Below are positions 46,838 to 55,632 of a stretch of 59,310 nucleotides of DNA, piece after piece (the first letter of the stretch is position 1; every line of letters begins with the position of its first letter). The stretch is from IMG/VR virus record IMGVR_UViG_3300010366_000014, positions 1 through 59,310 of that record; one strand, 5' to 3'. Origin of the DNA: a virus (taxonomy: Duplodnaviria > Caudoviricetes). Position numbers and translations under genes: made by a program. A model generated the notes under the pieces. The model saw only the letters and a program-made list of their open reading frames with translations. It was not told where the DNA came from and searched no databases.

Positions 46838-47386
46838 GTGCAGGACGTTGAGCGCTTCCAGCACAACCTGCTCAAGGCCTGCGTCGCCTTCGATCGCAAG
46901 CTCGACGGCATGCTCTCGGATGTCTGGTGGCAGACGTGCGCGTCGCTCTCGGACGACCAGTTCGAGCGGGCGATGGACGAGCTGCTGATGGAGGCGCTGC
47001 GCTTCCCCGCACCGGCCCAGCTCCGGGCGATGGCCTACCGGATGCAGGAGGACCGCGTCAGCAAACGACAGGCCGAACCCGCGCCACCCGGTTCACCGCT
47101 CCTGGCCGCCGGCGATCTGACGAACGTCGCCGTCGTCCTGGCGAAGCGCGAGGGCGCGAAGTACGCAGCCAACCCGGTCGCGATCCCGCTCTTCGAGTGC
47201 CTCCGCTGTCGCGACCGGCATCACGTCCGCATCGACACGATGGTCGGCGCACCCCACTTCGGCGCGTCGATCCCGTGCCCCCACTGCCGGAGCGAGGCAT
47301 ACGACCGGTACGTGGAGAAGAACGGCGTGCCCCCCGGGATGCCGAAGTGGGCCGCCGGTGAACGGTTCGCGACCGGAGGTGACTGA
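46838..47386 (+). CDS. Helicase loader/inhibitor-like protein with Zn finger
   Basis: VWW...LSDDQFERAM...RFPAPAQLR; CLRC...CPHC; follows the initiator. Confidence 0.65.
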   Translation: MQDVERFQHNLLKACVAFDRKLDGMLSDVWWQTCASLSDDQFERAMDELLMEALRFPAPAQLRAMAYRMQEDRVSKRQAEPAPPGSPLLAAGDLTNVAVVLAKREGAKYAANPVAIPLFECLRCRDRHHVRIDTMVGAPHFGASIPCPHCRSEAYDRYVEKNGVPPGMPKWAAGERFATGGD

Positions 47387-47736
47387 TGTACGCCATCTGG
47401 ACCTTCGTGATGAAAGAGCGCCGGGTGCCGGTCGGGTCGGGGATCGCGACGATGTACCCGGACATCGAGCTGTGGGAACCGTGCCCGGACGGGTGGAACG
47501 GCGAGCGCGCCCGTGCCCGGGCGGAGAAACTCTCGCAGCGATCGGGCGGGGTCTTCGTCGTCCGCCGCAAGCTCTCCGGCGACAAGTGGAGCGACGTGCC
47601 GAAGGACGACTGGCAGCGCGGCATCACCGCAGCCCAGCATCTCTATCGCGAGGATCAGGCCAGAAAGGCCCAGCGAAGGCTCCAGAAGCGTCTCTCGCAG
47701 GCGGGGATGCCACCACCGAAGGCGGATGGGTCATGA
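47386..47736 (+). CDS. Hypothetical protein
   Basis: GGAGG RBS, TGATG overlap. Confidence 0.65.
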   Translation: MYAIWTFVMKERRVPVGSGIATMYPDIELWEPCPDGWNGERARARAEKLSQRSGGVFVVRRKLSGDKWSDVPKDDWQRGITAAQHLYREDQARKAQRRLQKRLSQAGMPPPKADGS

Positions 47737-48311
47737 GTGCCGAACGCCCCGTACGGACGACTACAGCGCGAAATCCGCATTATGCGTACGTACAGCGTCG
47801 TCGGCTCTGGGGCGCGCTCGCGGTGGTCTTGTATTTCCTGAGCATCTGGCTCGCCAACTGGCTGATCGTCCGCTTCGGTCTCGTCCCGGTCGGCTTCGGC
47901 CTGCGCGCGCCGGCGGGGGTGTTCGTGGCGGGCGCGGCTTTCGTCCTGCGGGACGTGGTGCAGGAGGAGCTGGGCCTGGGCTGGGTGCTGCTGGCGATCG
48001 CGGCGGGCGCGGTCCTCTCGACGGCCGTGGCACCGGTGCGGATCGCCCTCGGCTCGGGGCTGGCATTCCTCTTCTCGGAGCTATGTGACCTCGGTGTCTA
48101 CACGCCGCTGCGCCGCCGGAGCTGGGTGGCGGCGGCCGTGCTCTCGAACACGGTGGGCGACCTCGTGGACTCGGTGTTGTTCCTGACGATCGCCTTCGGG
48201 ACGCTGGCGAACGTGCTCGGGCTGATCGTCGGGAAATGGTACGTCACCCTCCCGATCGTCGTGTGGTGGGGCATCCGCCACGCGGGAAAGGAGCTGTCAT
48301 GGCAGTCCTGA
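47733..48311 (+). CDS. VUT (Vut_1/YhhQ-like) queuosine-precursor transporter family protein
   Basis: LANW...VPVGFGL.APAGV..AG..FVLRDVVQ...AFLFSELCDL.VYTPL...SN.VG..VDS..FL.IAFG...GK. Confidence 0.85.
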   Translation: MSAERPVRTTTARNPHYAYVQRRRLWGALAVVLYFLSIWLANWLIVRFGLVPVGFGLRAPAGVFVAGAAFVLRDVVQEELGLGWVLLAIAAGAVLSTAVAPVRIALGSGLAFLFSELCDLGVYTPLRRRSWVAAAVLSNTVGDLVDSVLFLTIAFGTLANVLGLIVGKWYVTLPIVVWWGIRHAGKELSWQS

Positions 48312-48709
48312 TCGCGGCCACGGTCCTGCTGACACCGGTGGGGTCGGCGCAGATGGAGGTCGGCAACGCGGCGTACTACGCGCCGAGCTTCGACACCGGC
48401 AGCCCCTCGGGCTGGGAGCGGATCATCCAGCGGCGGGTGGACTGGGGCCAGATCGACGCGGAGACGTTCCCGTACTCCGGCGATGGGTACTACTGCGTGC
48501 ACCCCGGCTCGGACCTGGGCGACCAGCTCCACGTGATGAACGCGATCACCGGCGAGTCGGTGGTCTGCACGGTGGCGGACGCGGTCGCGCCGCGCGACAT
48601 GGCGCACTGGCAGTCCAGCGTGGTGATCGAGCTGAGCTACGCGGCGTACGTGGCTGCGGGCGGCAAGGCGTTCAATCGCTTCGTGGTCTGGGAGGCCGAT
48701 GATGGCTAA
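48299..48709 (+). CDS. RlpA-like double-psi beta-barrel secreted protein
   Basis: Signal-like N-terminus, GNAAYY, G.SVVCTVAD, IELSYAA. Confidence 0.7.
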   Translation: MAVLIAATVLLTPVGSAQMEVGNAAYYAPSFDTGSPSGWERIIQRRVDWGQIDAETFPYSGDGYYCVHPGSDLGDQLHVMNAITGESVVCTVADAVAPRDMAHWQSSVVIELSYAAYVAAGGKAFNRFVVWEADDG

Positions 48710-48974
48710 CCCGGACGTGGTGTCGAGCACCGTGTTCCAGCGGGCGATCGGCACTTACCTCGACGCGGCCCGGTCCGACGATCGCACCTATCTGGTCACA
48801 GCCCACAACCGGCCGGTCGCGGTGTTCATGTCGATCCGCGAGTACAACCGGCTCAAGCAGTGCGAGGCGCTGACGCGACACGAGTTGGCACGAGGGGGAG
48901 ACGCAGATGGAAGAATGGCCAATGGAGCAACTGACACCGGACCCACGGAACCGGGAGATCTTCGACCCGGTTGA
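48699..48974 (+). CDS. Phd/YefM antitoxin-like protein
   Basis: VVSSTVFQRAIGTYLDAA...YLVTAHNRPVAVFMSIREYNRL. Confidence 0.8.
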   Translation: MMANPDVVSSTVFQRAIGTYLDAARSDDRTYLVTAHNRPVAVFMSIREYNRLKQCEALTRHELARGGDADGRMANGATDTGPTEPGDLRPG

Positions 48975-50052
48975 GGGCGACGATTTCGAGGCGCTCGTGG
49001 AGAGCATCCGCACGAACGGCATCATCAACCCGATCAGCATCACCGCGACGGGGCTGATCATCGCCGGTGAGCAGCGCTACCGGGCGGCGCGCACACTCGG
49101 GCTGGAGACGGTGCCGGTGATCGTCCACTACGATCTGGACGATGACGACCCGAAGGTAACGCTCCTGCGGGTGGACGAGAACATCCGCCGGCGCTCGCTG
49201 AAGATCTCCGAGACGGCCCGCGCGGTGAAGGCGTGGCACGACGCGACGGCGAAGCCGGTCGGGACCAACCGGTACACGAACGGTAGCTCATCGACCGTCG
49301 ATGAGCTAGAAATGCCCGAGGCGATCGCGAGCATGTCCCCCTCCACGCGCACCATTTACACCAAGCTCGCCGCGCTGATCGAGCCGCTCGCGTTCATGCT
49401 CGACACGAAACAGATTGGCACCCAGGTGGCCTATCAGCTCGCGCAACTGAGCAAGGAGAACCAGGAGGCGCTCGCTGCGGCCACGAGCGAGGAAGAACTT
49501 GCGGAGCTGACGGAGTCCGATGCGAAGGAACTGAAAGAGCGGCTGAAGGCGCGGGACGCGGAGGTCGCGGAGCTGCATCGTCGCCTCGAGCAGACGGCGG
49601 AAGGGCAGCAGTCGCTCGACATCATGGGTCTGGCGCTCGCGGGCATGCGCGAGCAGCACGCGAAGGAGCTGGCCGCGCTGGAGGCGAGCGTCGAGGATCG
49701 CGTGGCGGAGCGGACCGAGCACTTCGAGGCGGAGGCGGACGCGGCGGACGCGGCCCGGGCGCGCAGCGAGCAGTTGGTGACGACGCTGCGCGCCCGGATG
49801 AACTACGAGGCGAAGGATCCGGTCCACAACGCGATCAAGCTCTTGGTCGGGGTGATCGCCTCGGGGCCGGAGGCGCATGCACGCTTCACGATCCAGCTCG
49901 GCGAGCAGGACGGGTTTATGTGGCCGTTCATCGACATGGACGCGCAGCAGGCGCTCTCGGTCGCGAACGTGCTGACGGAGTACTCACGTCTCTTACGCGC
50001 GGCGCTCGATGAGAAGGGGTTGAGCATCAGCGGGCTAAGGAGCCTCACATGA
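48907..50052 (+). CDS. ParB N-terminal domain protein with coiled coil
   Basis: LVESIRTNGIINPI...IIAGEQRYRAA..LG...VP...DENIRRRSL. Confidence 0.85.
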   Translation: MEEWPMEQLTPDPRNREIFDPVEGDDFEALVESIRTNGIINPISITATGLIIAGEQRYRAARTLGLETVPVIVHYDLDDDDPKVTLLRVDENIRRRSLKISETARAVKAWHDATAKPVGTNRYTNGSSSTVDELEMPEAIASMSPSTRTIYTKLAALIEPLAFMLDTKQIGTQVAYQLAQLSKENQEALAAATSEEELAELTESDAKELKERLKARDAEVAELHRRLEQTAEGQQSLDIMGLALAGMREQHAKELAALEASVEDRVAERTEHFEAEADAADAARARSEQLVTTLRARMNYEAKDPVHNAIKLLVGVIASGPEAHARFTIQLGEQDGFMWPFIDMDAQQALSVANVLTEYSRLLRAALDEKGLSISGLRSLT

Positions 50053-50609
50053 CGACAGCAACGATCACCGGCGAAGTCCTGGCCGAGGCGCGTGCCGCCG
50101 TTCATCGGACCGGCCGCGTGATCGTCTCCGATGTGGCCGCGAAGGCCAATGTGCGCGCGGCCCAGAACCGCAAGAAGTCGCAGCCGAAGCGTGCGGAAAG
50201 CGATCGCAAGCGACAGGTCGGCAGCGTGCTCACGCAGTCGATGCAGGCGGACGGCACCCACGAGTTCATCGGCTACAAGGAAGTGCAGGAGTGCCTGGAG
50301 CTTCCGGGCATCGACTGCCGGCCGAAGGTGATCGATATCCGCGTGCCGCAGTCGCGCCTGGAGACGGACTACGATCTGCGGGCGTTCAAATGGAACCGGA
50401 TGTTCCACAACATGCAGAGCGAGTTTCGCAAGACGGGCTTCGGCACGGACTGCGACGCGGCGATGCAGGCGCACTTCCAGGCGTTCTATTGGACCGGGCT
50501 AAACACGGTGATGCGCCGGATGCAGCCGCCGCCACCCCCGCCGAACGTGCGGAAGCCGAAGAATCCGAAGCCGGGACACGGCGCGCCGCGCGTGCGGGCA
50601 GTCGCATGA
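50049..50609 (+). CDS. Hypothetical protein
   Basis: AAGGAG RBS, ATGA overlap. Confidence 0.7.
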   Translation: MTTATITGEVLAEARAAVHRTGRVIVSDVAAKANVRAAQNRKKSQPKRAESDRKRQVGSVLTQSMQADGTHEFIGYKEVQECLELPGIDCRPKVIDIRVPQSRLETDYDLRAFKWNRMFHNMQSEFRKTGFGTDCDAAMQAHFQAFYWTGLNTVMRRMQPPPPPPNVRKPKNPKPGHGAPRVRAVA

Positions 50610-51031
50610 TGAAGGGTTATCGCACCGACGCGGTGAAAACAACGGAGGGTGCGACAACCCTTCATCAGATCCCGCGCTTCCATCTCGAGATCCGTGCCCT
50701 GGAGGTGGGCATCCTGATTGACCGGGCCTGGACCAACGAGCGGATCGCGGACGTGTTGGATGCGGAGTTTGGTGCGCGTGGGTCGGACACGCGCACCGGC
50801 CGCCGCTCGGATGGCAGCGTGCCGGACGAGGCCTTGTATTTCGCCTTCCGTTCGATGCCGGTGATCTGGCCGGCCTCCGGCGAGGTCATCTCCCAGGCGG
50901 AGGCGCGCGACCGGGTGAATGTCGGCATCGATCGGGCGATTGCCGCCCGTGTCAGGGGGGCGACGGATGGGGGTGAAGTATCCGGCGGGGATGGTGAACC
51001 GGGCAGCGCCCCCACCGGAGGACTGGGGTGA
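50606..51031 (+). CDS. Hypothetical protein
   Basis: ATGA overlap, MMKGYRTD... Confidence 0.6.
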   Translation: MMKGYRTDAVKTTEGATTLHQIPRFHLEIRALEVGILIDRAWTNERIADVLDAEFGARGSDTRTGRRSDGSVPDEALYFAFRSMPVIWPASGEVISQAEARDRVNVGIDRAIAARVRGATDGGEVSGGDGEPGSAPTGGLG

Positions 51032-51419
51032 AAGTCCGGGTCGCCAGCATTCCGAGAACCGTGATGCCGTGGACCGCAATGAACGGTCACATGCATCACG
51101 GTTCTCGGACGGTAACAGAGCGGGCAACAAGCGCCACGCCGCGTGGCTCGCGACGATCCGCCGGCTCGCCGACGCGCGCGGCTGGGTGGTCGCCTGCTGG
51201 TGGCGCTCCGATCATTCGCCGCCCGGGTTCCCCGACATCGTCGCGGTCCATATCGCGCAGGGCCGGCTGATCTTCATCGAGGCGAAGACGGGCAAAGCCG
51301 AGCTGAGCGAACACCAAGAGCAGTGGCGCGACGTGCTGCTCGCGGTCGGGATGGAATGGTACGTGATGCGGCCCGGGGACGAGCGCGAGCTGGTCCGGGT
51401 CTTGGAGGGGGACGAATGA
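50967..51419 (+). CDS. VRR-NUC (PD-(D/E)XK) nuclease/resolvase; start uncertain
   Basis: SPPGFPDIV...IFIEAKT....LSEHQEQW...VMRP.D. Confidence 0.85.
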   Translation: MGVKYPAGMVNRAAPPPEDWGESPGRQHSENRDAVDRNERSHASRFSDGNRAGNKRHAAWLATIRRLADARGWVVACWWRSDHSPPGFPDIVAVHIAQGRLIFIEAKTGKAELSEHQEQWRDVLLAVGMEWYVMRPGDERELVRVLEGDE

Positions 51420-51679
51420 CGCGCGTGCTCACGACGGTGCCCCTGGCCCGCCAGCTCCCGCACCCTACGCTGCTGCTGATCTGGGAGCCGCGCGACTGCT
51501 GGCTCGGCCTCTTCTGGGACCGCACCGAGGATCCGGGCGACCCGCGCCGGCAGGCGTTCATCCTCTACGTCTGCATCGTCCCGTGCCTGCCCGTCTGTCT
51601 GGTCGTGCCCCGGGCGCGATCGCGCTGGCCGGAGGCCAAGCGGCAGGCGGCTGAGCCTGAGATTGTGGGGCCGTCGTGA
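51416..51679 (+). CDS. Hypothetical protein
   Basis: WEPRDCWLGLFW...YVCIVPCLP; GGAGG RBS. Confidence 0.65.
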   Translation: MTRVLTTVPLARQLPHPTLLLIWEPRDCWLGLFWDRTEDPGDPRRQAFILYVCIVPCLPVCLVVPRARSRWPEAKRQAAEPEIVGPS

Positions 51680-52122
51680 GCGAGTCGTATGGGGAGCGGG
51701 TGCTGAAGCTGATCGAGCGCAACACGGAGGCATTCATGGTCTCCGCGCGCGACGGCGACGACCACGTGATCGGCGTCTACTTCCACGCCGACTTCATCCT
51801 CGGCGTGAACGAGATCGAGCTGCGCATGGCGATCGTCACCATGCCCCGGCACCCGCGCAAATGCTGGCTCGCGACCGAGGTCGGCTACCTCGAGGACGCG
51901 GACGTGGTCGGCGGCCGGCTGATGCCGCTGGAGCGCGTGACGGAGCCGCTGTCGATCGAGGAGTGCATGGAGTGGTACGGCTACACCCGCAGCACCGTGG
52001 AGACGTACCTCTCGCAGGCGCGCCGCCATCTGGACCAGCGGTTATCAAGCGAGTCAAGTAGGCGGAGCGCCGGGGTCGCGGGCGCTGCGGCCTTGCTGCG
52101 CAAGGTAATGAACCCCGGTTGA
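51676..52122 (+). CDS. Hypothetical protein, C-terminal sigma4/HTH-like (possible late activator)
   Basis: LSIEECMEWYGYTRSTVETYLSQARRHL; last gene of the operon. Confidence 0.6.
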   Translation: MSESYGERVLKLIERNTEAFMVSARDGDDHVIGVYFHADFILGVNEIELRMAIVTMPRHPRKCWLATEVGYLEDADVVGGRLMPLERVTEPLSIEECMEWYGYTRSTVETYLSQARRHLDQRLSSESSRRSAGVAGAAALLRKVMNPG

Positions 52123-52147
52123 CAGCAACCATACCAGGGTATAGATT
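52119..52147 (+). promoter_or_regulatory. Sigma70-type promoter with perfect operator palindrome
   Basis: TTGACA-17 nt-TAGATT; ATACC-AG-GGTAT at 52131-52142. Confidence 0.75.
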
Positions 52148-52151
52148 GTTA

Positions 52152-52272
52152 CCGTGCCCAACTCCGCTTCACCGCAGTGGGTACGGGTTGACCCGACGCC
52201 TCCCGCCGCCGCAACGGTAACAGGCCTCGGGTCAACCAACGCAAAAAGGGCAGCCACTACGGCTGCCCTTTG
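52152..52272 (+). ncRNA. Candidate ~120-nt small RNA
   Basis: Own promoter; hairpins CCGTGCCCA/TGGGTACGG (G-U on + strand) and GGTTGACCCGA/TCGGGTCAACC; ends at a terminator hairpin. Confidence 0.55.
52243..52271. terminator. Bidirectional intrinsic terminator
   Basis: AAAAAGGGCAGCC-actac-GGCTGCCCTTT between convergent operons. Confidence 0.8.
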
Positions 52273-52297
52273 GGGTTCCAGCGATCCGGTAAGGGAG

Positions 52298-52684
52298 TTA
52301 TTCGGGCTTGCCCGGGATGCGCGGCGGCGGCATCGGTTTGAAGTCCGGTGGCGGCGGCATCCCCGCGAAGGGCAGGCGCTCCGGGTCGCGATCGTCGGCC
52401 GGGATATCGAGCGCGGCCTCCGCCCAATCGAGCAGGAAGGTGCGCGCGCCGGCGTGGGTCGTGAAGACCCGGTCCGCGTCGTCGGCCTCCGCGTGACAGA
52501 CCCAGTTGCCATCGGCGTCCTCGCGGACCTCGGCGCTTGCGCGGCCGGTCTCGGCCGTGGTGTCGATGTAGAGCGACATCGCACCGGTGGCGAGGTCTGT
52601 TCTCACGCTGGCGACCCGGCCGTCGTGGGTGATCTCCAGCTCGGTCCAGCCCTCGACAGGCCGGCGGTTGTATGCGGTGGTCAT
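52298..52684 (-). CDS. Hypothetical early protein
   Basis: GGAG RBS then MTTAYNRRPV... Confidence 0.7.
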   Translation of the reverse strand: MTTAYNRRPVEGWTELEITHDGRVASVRTDLATGAMSLYIDTTAETGRASAEVREDADGNWVCHAEADDADRVFTTHAGARTFLLDWAEAALDIPADDRDPERLPFAGMPPPPDFKPMPPPRIPGKPE

Positions 52685-52926
52685 GCGGGTTCTCCGATCT
52701 CCTCGGGGGCTTCGCCCAGCCGCAGCCGGTTGGCGAGACCCTCGAGGGTGAGCTGCATATAGGGCGGCATCGTGTACAGGTCTCGCTCCCAGTTGGAGAC
52801 GGTCTGGACATTCACGCCCAGCGCGCGCGCCAGCTCGGACTGCGAGACGTTGTTCTGGTAGCGCCACTGCTTCAGGTGCGCGCCGGTGAACGGCCGTGGC
52901 TTGACGGGTCGCTGGGCGCTGTTCAT
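52681..52926 (-). CDS. XRE-family HTH regulator
   Basis: LKQWRYQNNVSQSELARALGVNVQTVSNWER. Confidence 0.9.
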   Translation of the reverse strand: MNSAQRPVKPRPFTGAHLKQWRYQNNVSQSELARALGVNVQTVSNWERDLYTMPPYMQLTLEGLANRLRLGEAPEEIGEPA

Positions 52927-53657
52927 CAGGCAACCTCCTCCTTGGGGCGTTGTCGCGGGTGCGACTCGTAGTACGCGGCCAGCTCGATCTCCCAGGCCGC
53001 CTGGGCAGCGGCGATCTCCTCCTCGGTCGGGGCGACCTCGGTCGGGTGCTCGGTGAGATCGGCCTGGGCGTCCAGCGCGGCCAGCTCGGCGCACCAGTGG
53101 CCGTAGGCGCGGACCGCATCACCGTAACCGGCGAAGTCCTCGCTCTCGGTATGCGTGTCGAAGCACCACGTCACCCGCCAGCCGCGCTGCGGATAGCGGT
53201 GCTCGTGCGTGGTGATGTCGAGCCGGTAGAGCCGGACGCTCGGGTACGACCAGTGATCGCCCAGGTGCCGGTTCTTGCCCTTCATCTCGCTGACGCTGTG
53301 GGCGCTCTCGGCGCGGAACGGCCGGTCGGGCGCGTCGCGCATCGCGACATAGAGGTAGTCCGGGTTGCCGGGGCGCTTGACCTCGTAGCCCTGCGCCTCG
53401 AGCGCCGCGACCGCGCGGTTCATGAGCTGGTCGCGGCGGGCGTTCAGCTCATCGATCTTCTCCGGCGGGAGCGTGGCGCGCTGGTCGCCGGTGAACGGGC
53501 CGCTGTATTCGACGGCCATGTGGTTGCTGCCGTACCGCGACTCGCAGCGGAACCCCTCCTTGCCCGTGAAATAGCTGCGGTATTCGAGGCCGGTCGCCTT
53601 GCGAATGATCGCGGCGACGGTCTGCCAGTTGATCTTGAGATAGCCCTGTTTGGTCAC
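52926..53657 (-). CDS. Hypothetical early protein
   Basis: GGGAG RBS, GTG start. Confidence 0.7.
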   Translation of the reverse strand: MTKQGYLKINWQTVAAIIRKATGLEYRSYFTGKEGFRCESRYGSNHMAVEYSGPFTGDQRATLPPEKIDELNARRDQLMNRAVAALEAQGYEVKRPGNPDYLYVAMRDAPDRPFRAESAHSVSEMKGKNRHLGDHWSYPSVRLYRLDITTHEHRYPQRGWRVTWCFDTHTESEDFAGYGDAVRAYGHWCAELAALDAQADLTEHPTEVAPTEEEIAAAQAAWEIELAAYYESHPRQRPKEEVA

Positions 53658-54127
53658 GATCGTTCTCCCTGCGCCGGTGCGACGCCCTTTCGTTTCATCC
53701 AATCGCGGACGATGCCCTTGCACAGATCGGGCACGCCGTAGCGATCGTCGTCGATCCCCTGCTCCTTGAGAAACTCGTAGAGCGCGAGGATCTCGCCCTG
53801 CGTCAGGTAGACGCGGACGAAGGCGAGCGTGTCCGGGTGCTGCTCGGCCTCCTTGTGGAGCGCGCTCTTGCGATCCCAGTATGCCTGATGGTTATCGACC
53901 CCGGCCTCCTGGCGTTGCCGGCGGCGGGCCTTCTCCATCGTCGCCATCCGCTCCATCGTGCCCAGCCCTTGCCAGTGCGGATCGGCGCGGACCTCGTCCA
54001 TGATCCAGCGCTCGTCCTCCTCGGCGCGGTGGAGCTGTGCGGTGTGCTCGCGTTCGAGTGCCTCCCGCTCCGCCACGATCGCCGCGAGCGGCCGGCGGTT
54101 GACCAGCTTCTTACGCACGATCGCCAT
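53654..54127 (-). CDS. Hypothetical early protein
   Basis: AGGAGG RBS. Confidence 0.7.
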   Translation of the reverse strand: MAIVRKKLVNRRPLAAIVAEREALEREHTAQLHRAEEDERWIMDEVRADPHWQGLGTMERMATMEKARRRQRQEAGVDNHQAYWDRKSALHKEAEQHPDTLAFVRVYLTQGEILALYEFLKEQGIDDDRYGVPDLCKGIVRDWMKRKGVAPAQGERS

Positions 54128-54674
54128 CGGCGGCCTCCTGCGGTGTCATGTGGGCGCGCATGCCGTCGTTCCAGCCGCGATCCCACGGGGTCGTCTCCAC
54201 GGCCAGCTCGACGCGGCCGGGGAACTGCTCGTAGTAGCGGTGCGCGGCGATGTTGCCGTTGCGGTATTCCTCGTCTTCGGTCAGGGGCGTATGGTTGAGC
54301 ATCGCCAGGGCGTGATCGTTCAGCACCTTGGTGACCGCGATCGCTTTGGTGATGGCCTCATCGATCTCGGTGGCCGCCGGCATGCTCGGCAGCTCCCAGG
54401 CGATGTTGCGGGCGTTGAGCAGCCAGCTCCGGATGTTGTCGGTCTGGCGGCGGATCTTGTCGTAGCTGGGCAACGGATTGTCCTCTCGATCGAGTCGCAC
54501 CGAAAAGCGCGACGTGTCGGGGAGGCCGCCACGGGCGGCGGCCTCCGCATGGCGCATGGCCTCGTCTTCAGCGACGGCCAGGGTCAGGTTGGTGGCGATG
54601 AAGCGACCGGCGTCGCTGTCGTAGACGCCCCAGATGGGGCGCTGCTCTTCGGGTAAGGGGGCGAATGCGGTCAT
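54111..54674 (-). CDS. Hypothetical early protein
   Basis: GGAGG RBS. Confidence 0.7.
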   Translation of the reverse strand: MTAFAPLPEEQRPIWGVYDSDAGRFIATNLTLAVAEDEAMRHAEAAARGGLPDTSRFSVRLDREDNPLPSYDKIRRQTDNIRSWLLNARNIAWELPSMPAATEIDEAITKAIAVTKVLNDHALAMLNHTPLTEDEEYRNGNIAAHRYYEQFPGRVELAVETTPWDRGWNDGMRAHMTPQEAADGDRA

Positions 54675-55024
54675 GATGCCGCCTCCACCTTCGGTCCGCC
54701 TGCACGCCATTCGGCGTACCACGCGGCCGCGTCCGTGTAGGTCAGGAACCGCTCGCCGTCTTCGGTCAGCCGGTAGACGGTGCCGCCGATGATGCGTTGG
54801 CGCGCGACCAGCCCGAGCTTCTCGAGCGCCTCCAGGGCGTGCTCGATGCGGTAGGTGTAGATGTCGAGCCGATCGGCGATGCGAAACTCGTCCAGGCTCC
54901 AGTTGTGGCTGAAGTAGCGCGTCTCGCCGGCCTCGTGCAGGACGATCTCACGCTCGCGCGCGGCCGTCAGCGCCACGATCTGGCGCATGACGGAGAGTTG
55001 CAGGGTGGTGACGTTGCGGGTCAT
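54671..55024 (-). CDS. Winged-HTH protein
   Basis: IADRLDI...IEHALEALEKLGLVAR...YRLTEDGERFL. Confidence 0.75.
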   Translation of the reverse strand: MTRNVTTLQLSVMRQIVALTAAREREIVLHEAGETRYFSHNWSLDEFRIADRLDIYTYRIEHALEALEKLGLVARQRIIGGTVYRLTEDGERFLTYTDAAAWYAEWRAGGPKVEAAS

Positions 55025-55025
55025 G

Positions 55026-55439
55026 TCAGGTGCTCTCCTTCGGTGGAGCGACGTACTCGTCGCCGATCGCGGTGGTGGCCAGCTCGCGGATGCGCCCCAG
55101 GCGCAGCCACAGCTCATTGCTCGTAATCCCCCGGGTGGGGGAGGCCTCGGTGAGGATGTCGTGCATGGCCAGGACGCAGCGGGCGGCCTTCGCCTGCTCG
55201 TGGGCTTTGAATGCCGCGAGCTGTTCGCGCAGCTCGTCCTGCTGGCGCTCGTCCAGGCCGCCGTAGAAATAGGTCGGCAGCGCCGAGCCGCCGCCCTTGC
55301 GGGCCTCGATCGCGTAGGCGCTCTGGTGCTCCTTGGACAGCTCGCGCGCCCAGGCGCAGGCCTCCTCCTTCGTCTCACGCTGGCCGGCCATCATGTAGGG
55401 GTGGCCGCCGTTGACGCGGCTGCGATAGACGCGGTACAT
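55026..55439 (-). CDS. Hypothetical early protein
   Basis: TGATG overlap. Confidence 0.7.
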   Translation of the reverse strand: MYRVYRSRVNGGHPYMMAGQRETKEEACAWARELSKEHQSAYAIEARKGGGSALPTYFYGGLDERQQDELREQLAAFKAHEQAKAARCVLAMHDILTEASPTRGITSNELWLRLGRIRELATTAIGDEYVAPPKEST

Positions 55440-55621
55440 CAGGGTTGCTCCATTCCTTTGGTGAGGACGACCGGTCCGACAACCGCTCGCCCGCTCTTGT
55501 TCTCGATCGCCTTGCGCGCGTACTGCGCGAGCCGGTCATAGTCGATCTCGACGCGGACGTTGAACTCCTTGCCGTCCGCGTCGCGCGCGCTCGTCCACAT
55601 GACGTGGAACCGATTGCTCAT
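55439..55621 (-). CDS. Hypothetical early protein
   Basis: AGGAG RBS then MSNRFHVMW... Confidence 0.7.
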   Translation of the reverse strand: MSNRFHVMWTSARDADGKEFNVRVEIDYDRLAQYARKAIENKSGRAVVGPVVLTKGMEQP

Positions 55622-55632
55622 GGTGTGCGCTC

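Noticed and set aside
47600-47733. preQ1 riboswitch ahead of the VUT gene
   Set aside because: The gene is translationally coupled to its upstream neighbour; no leader or motif seen.
48907-50052. ParB as proof of a plasmid partition system
   Set aside because: No ParA recognised, and stand-alone ParB-N proteins are common in phage replication regions.
52147-52237. HDV-like ribozyme pseudoknot on the minus strand
   Set aside because: Topology is superficially similar but P3, P1.1 and the J4/2 catalytic C are lacking; the G-U pair and promoter favour a plus-strand RNA.
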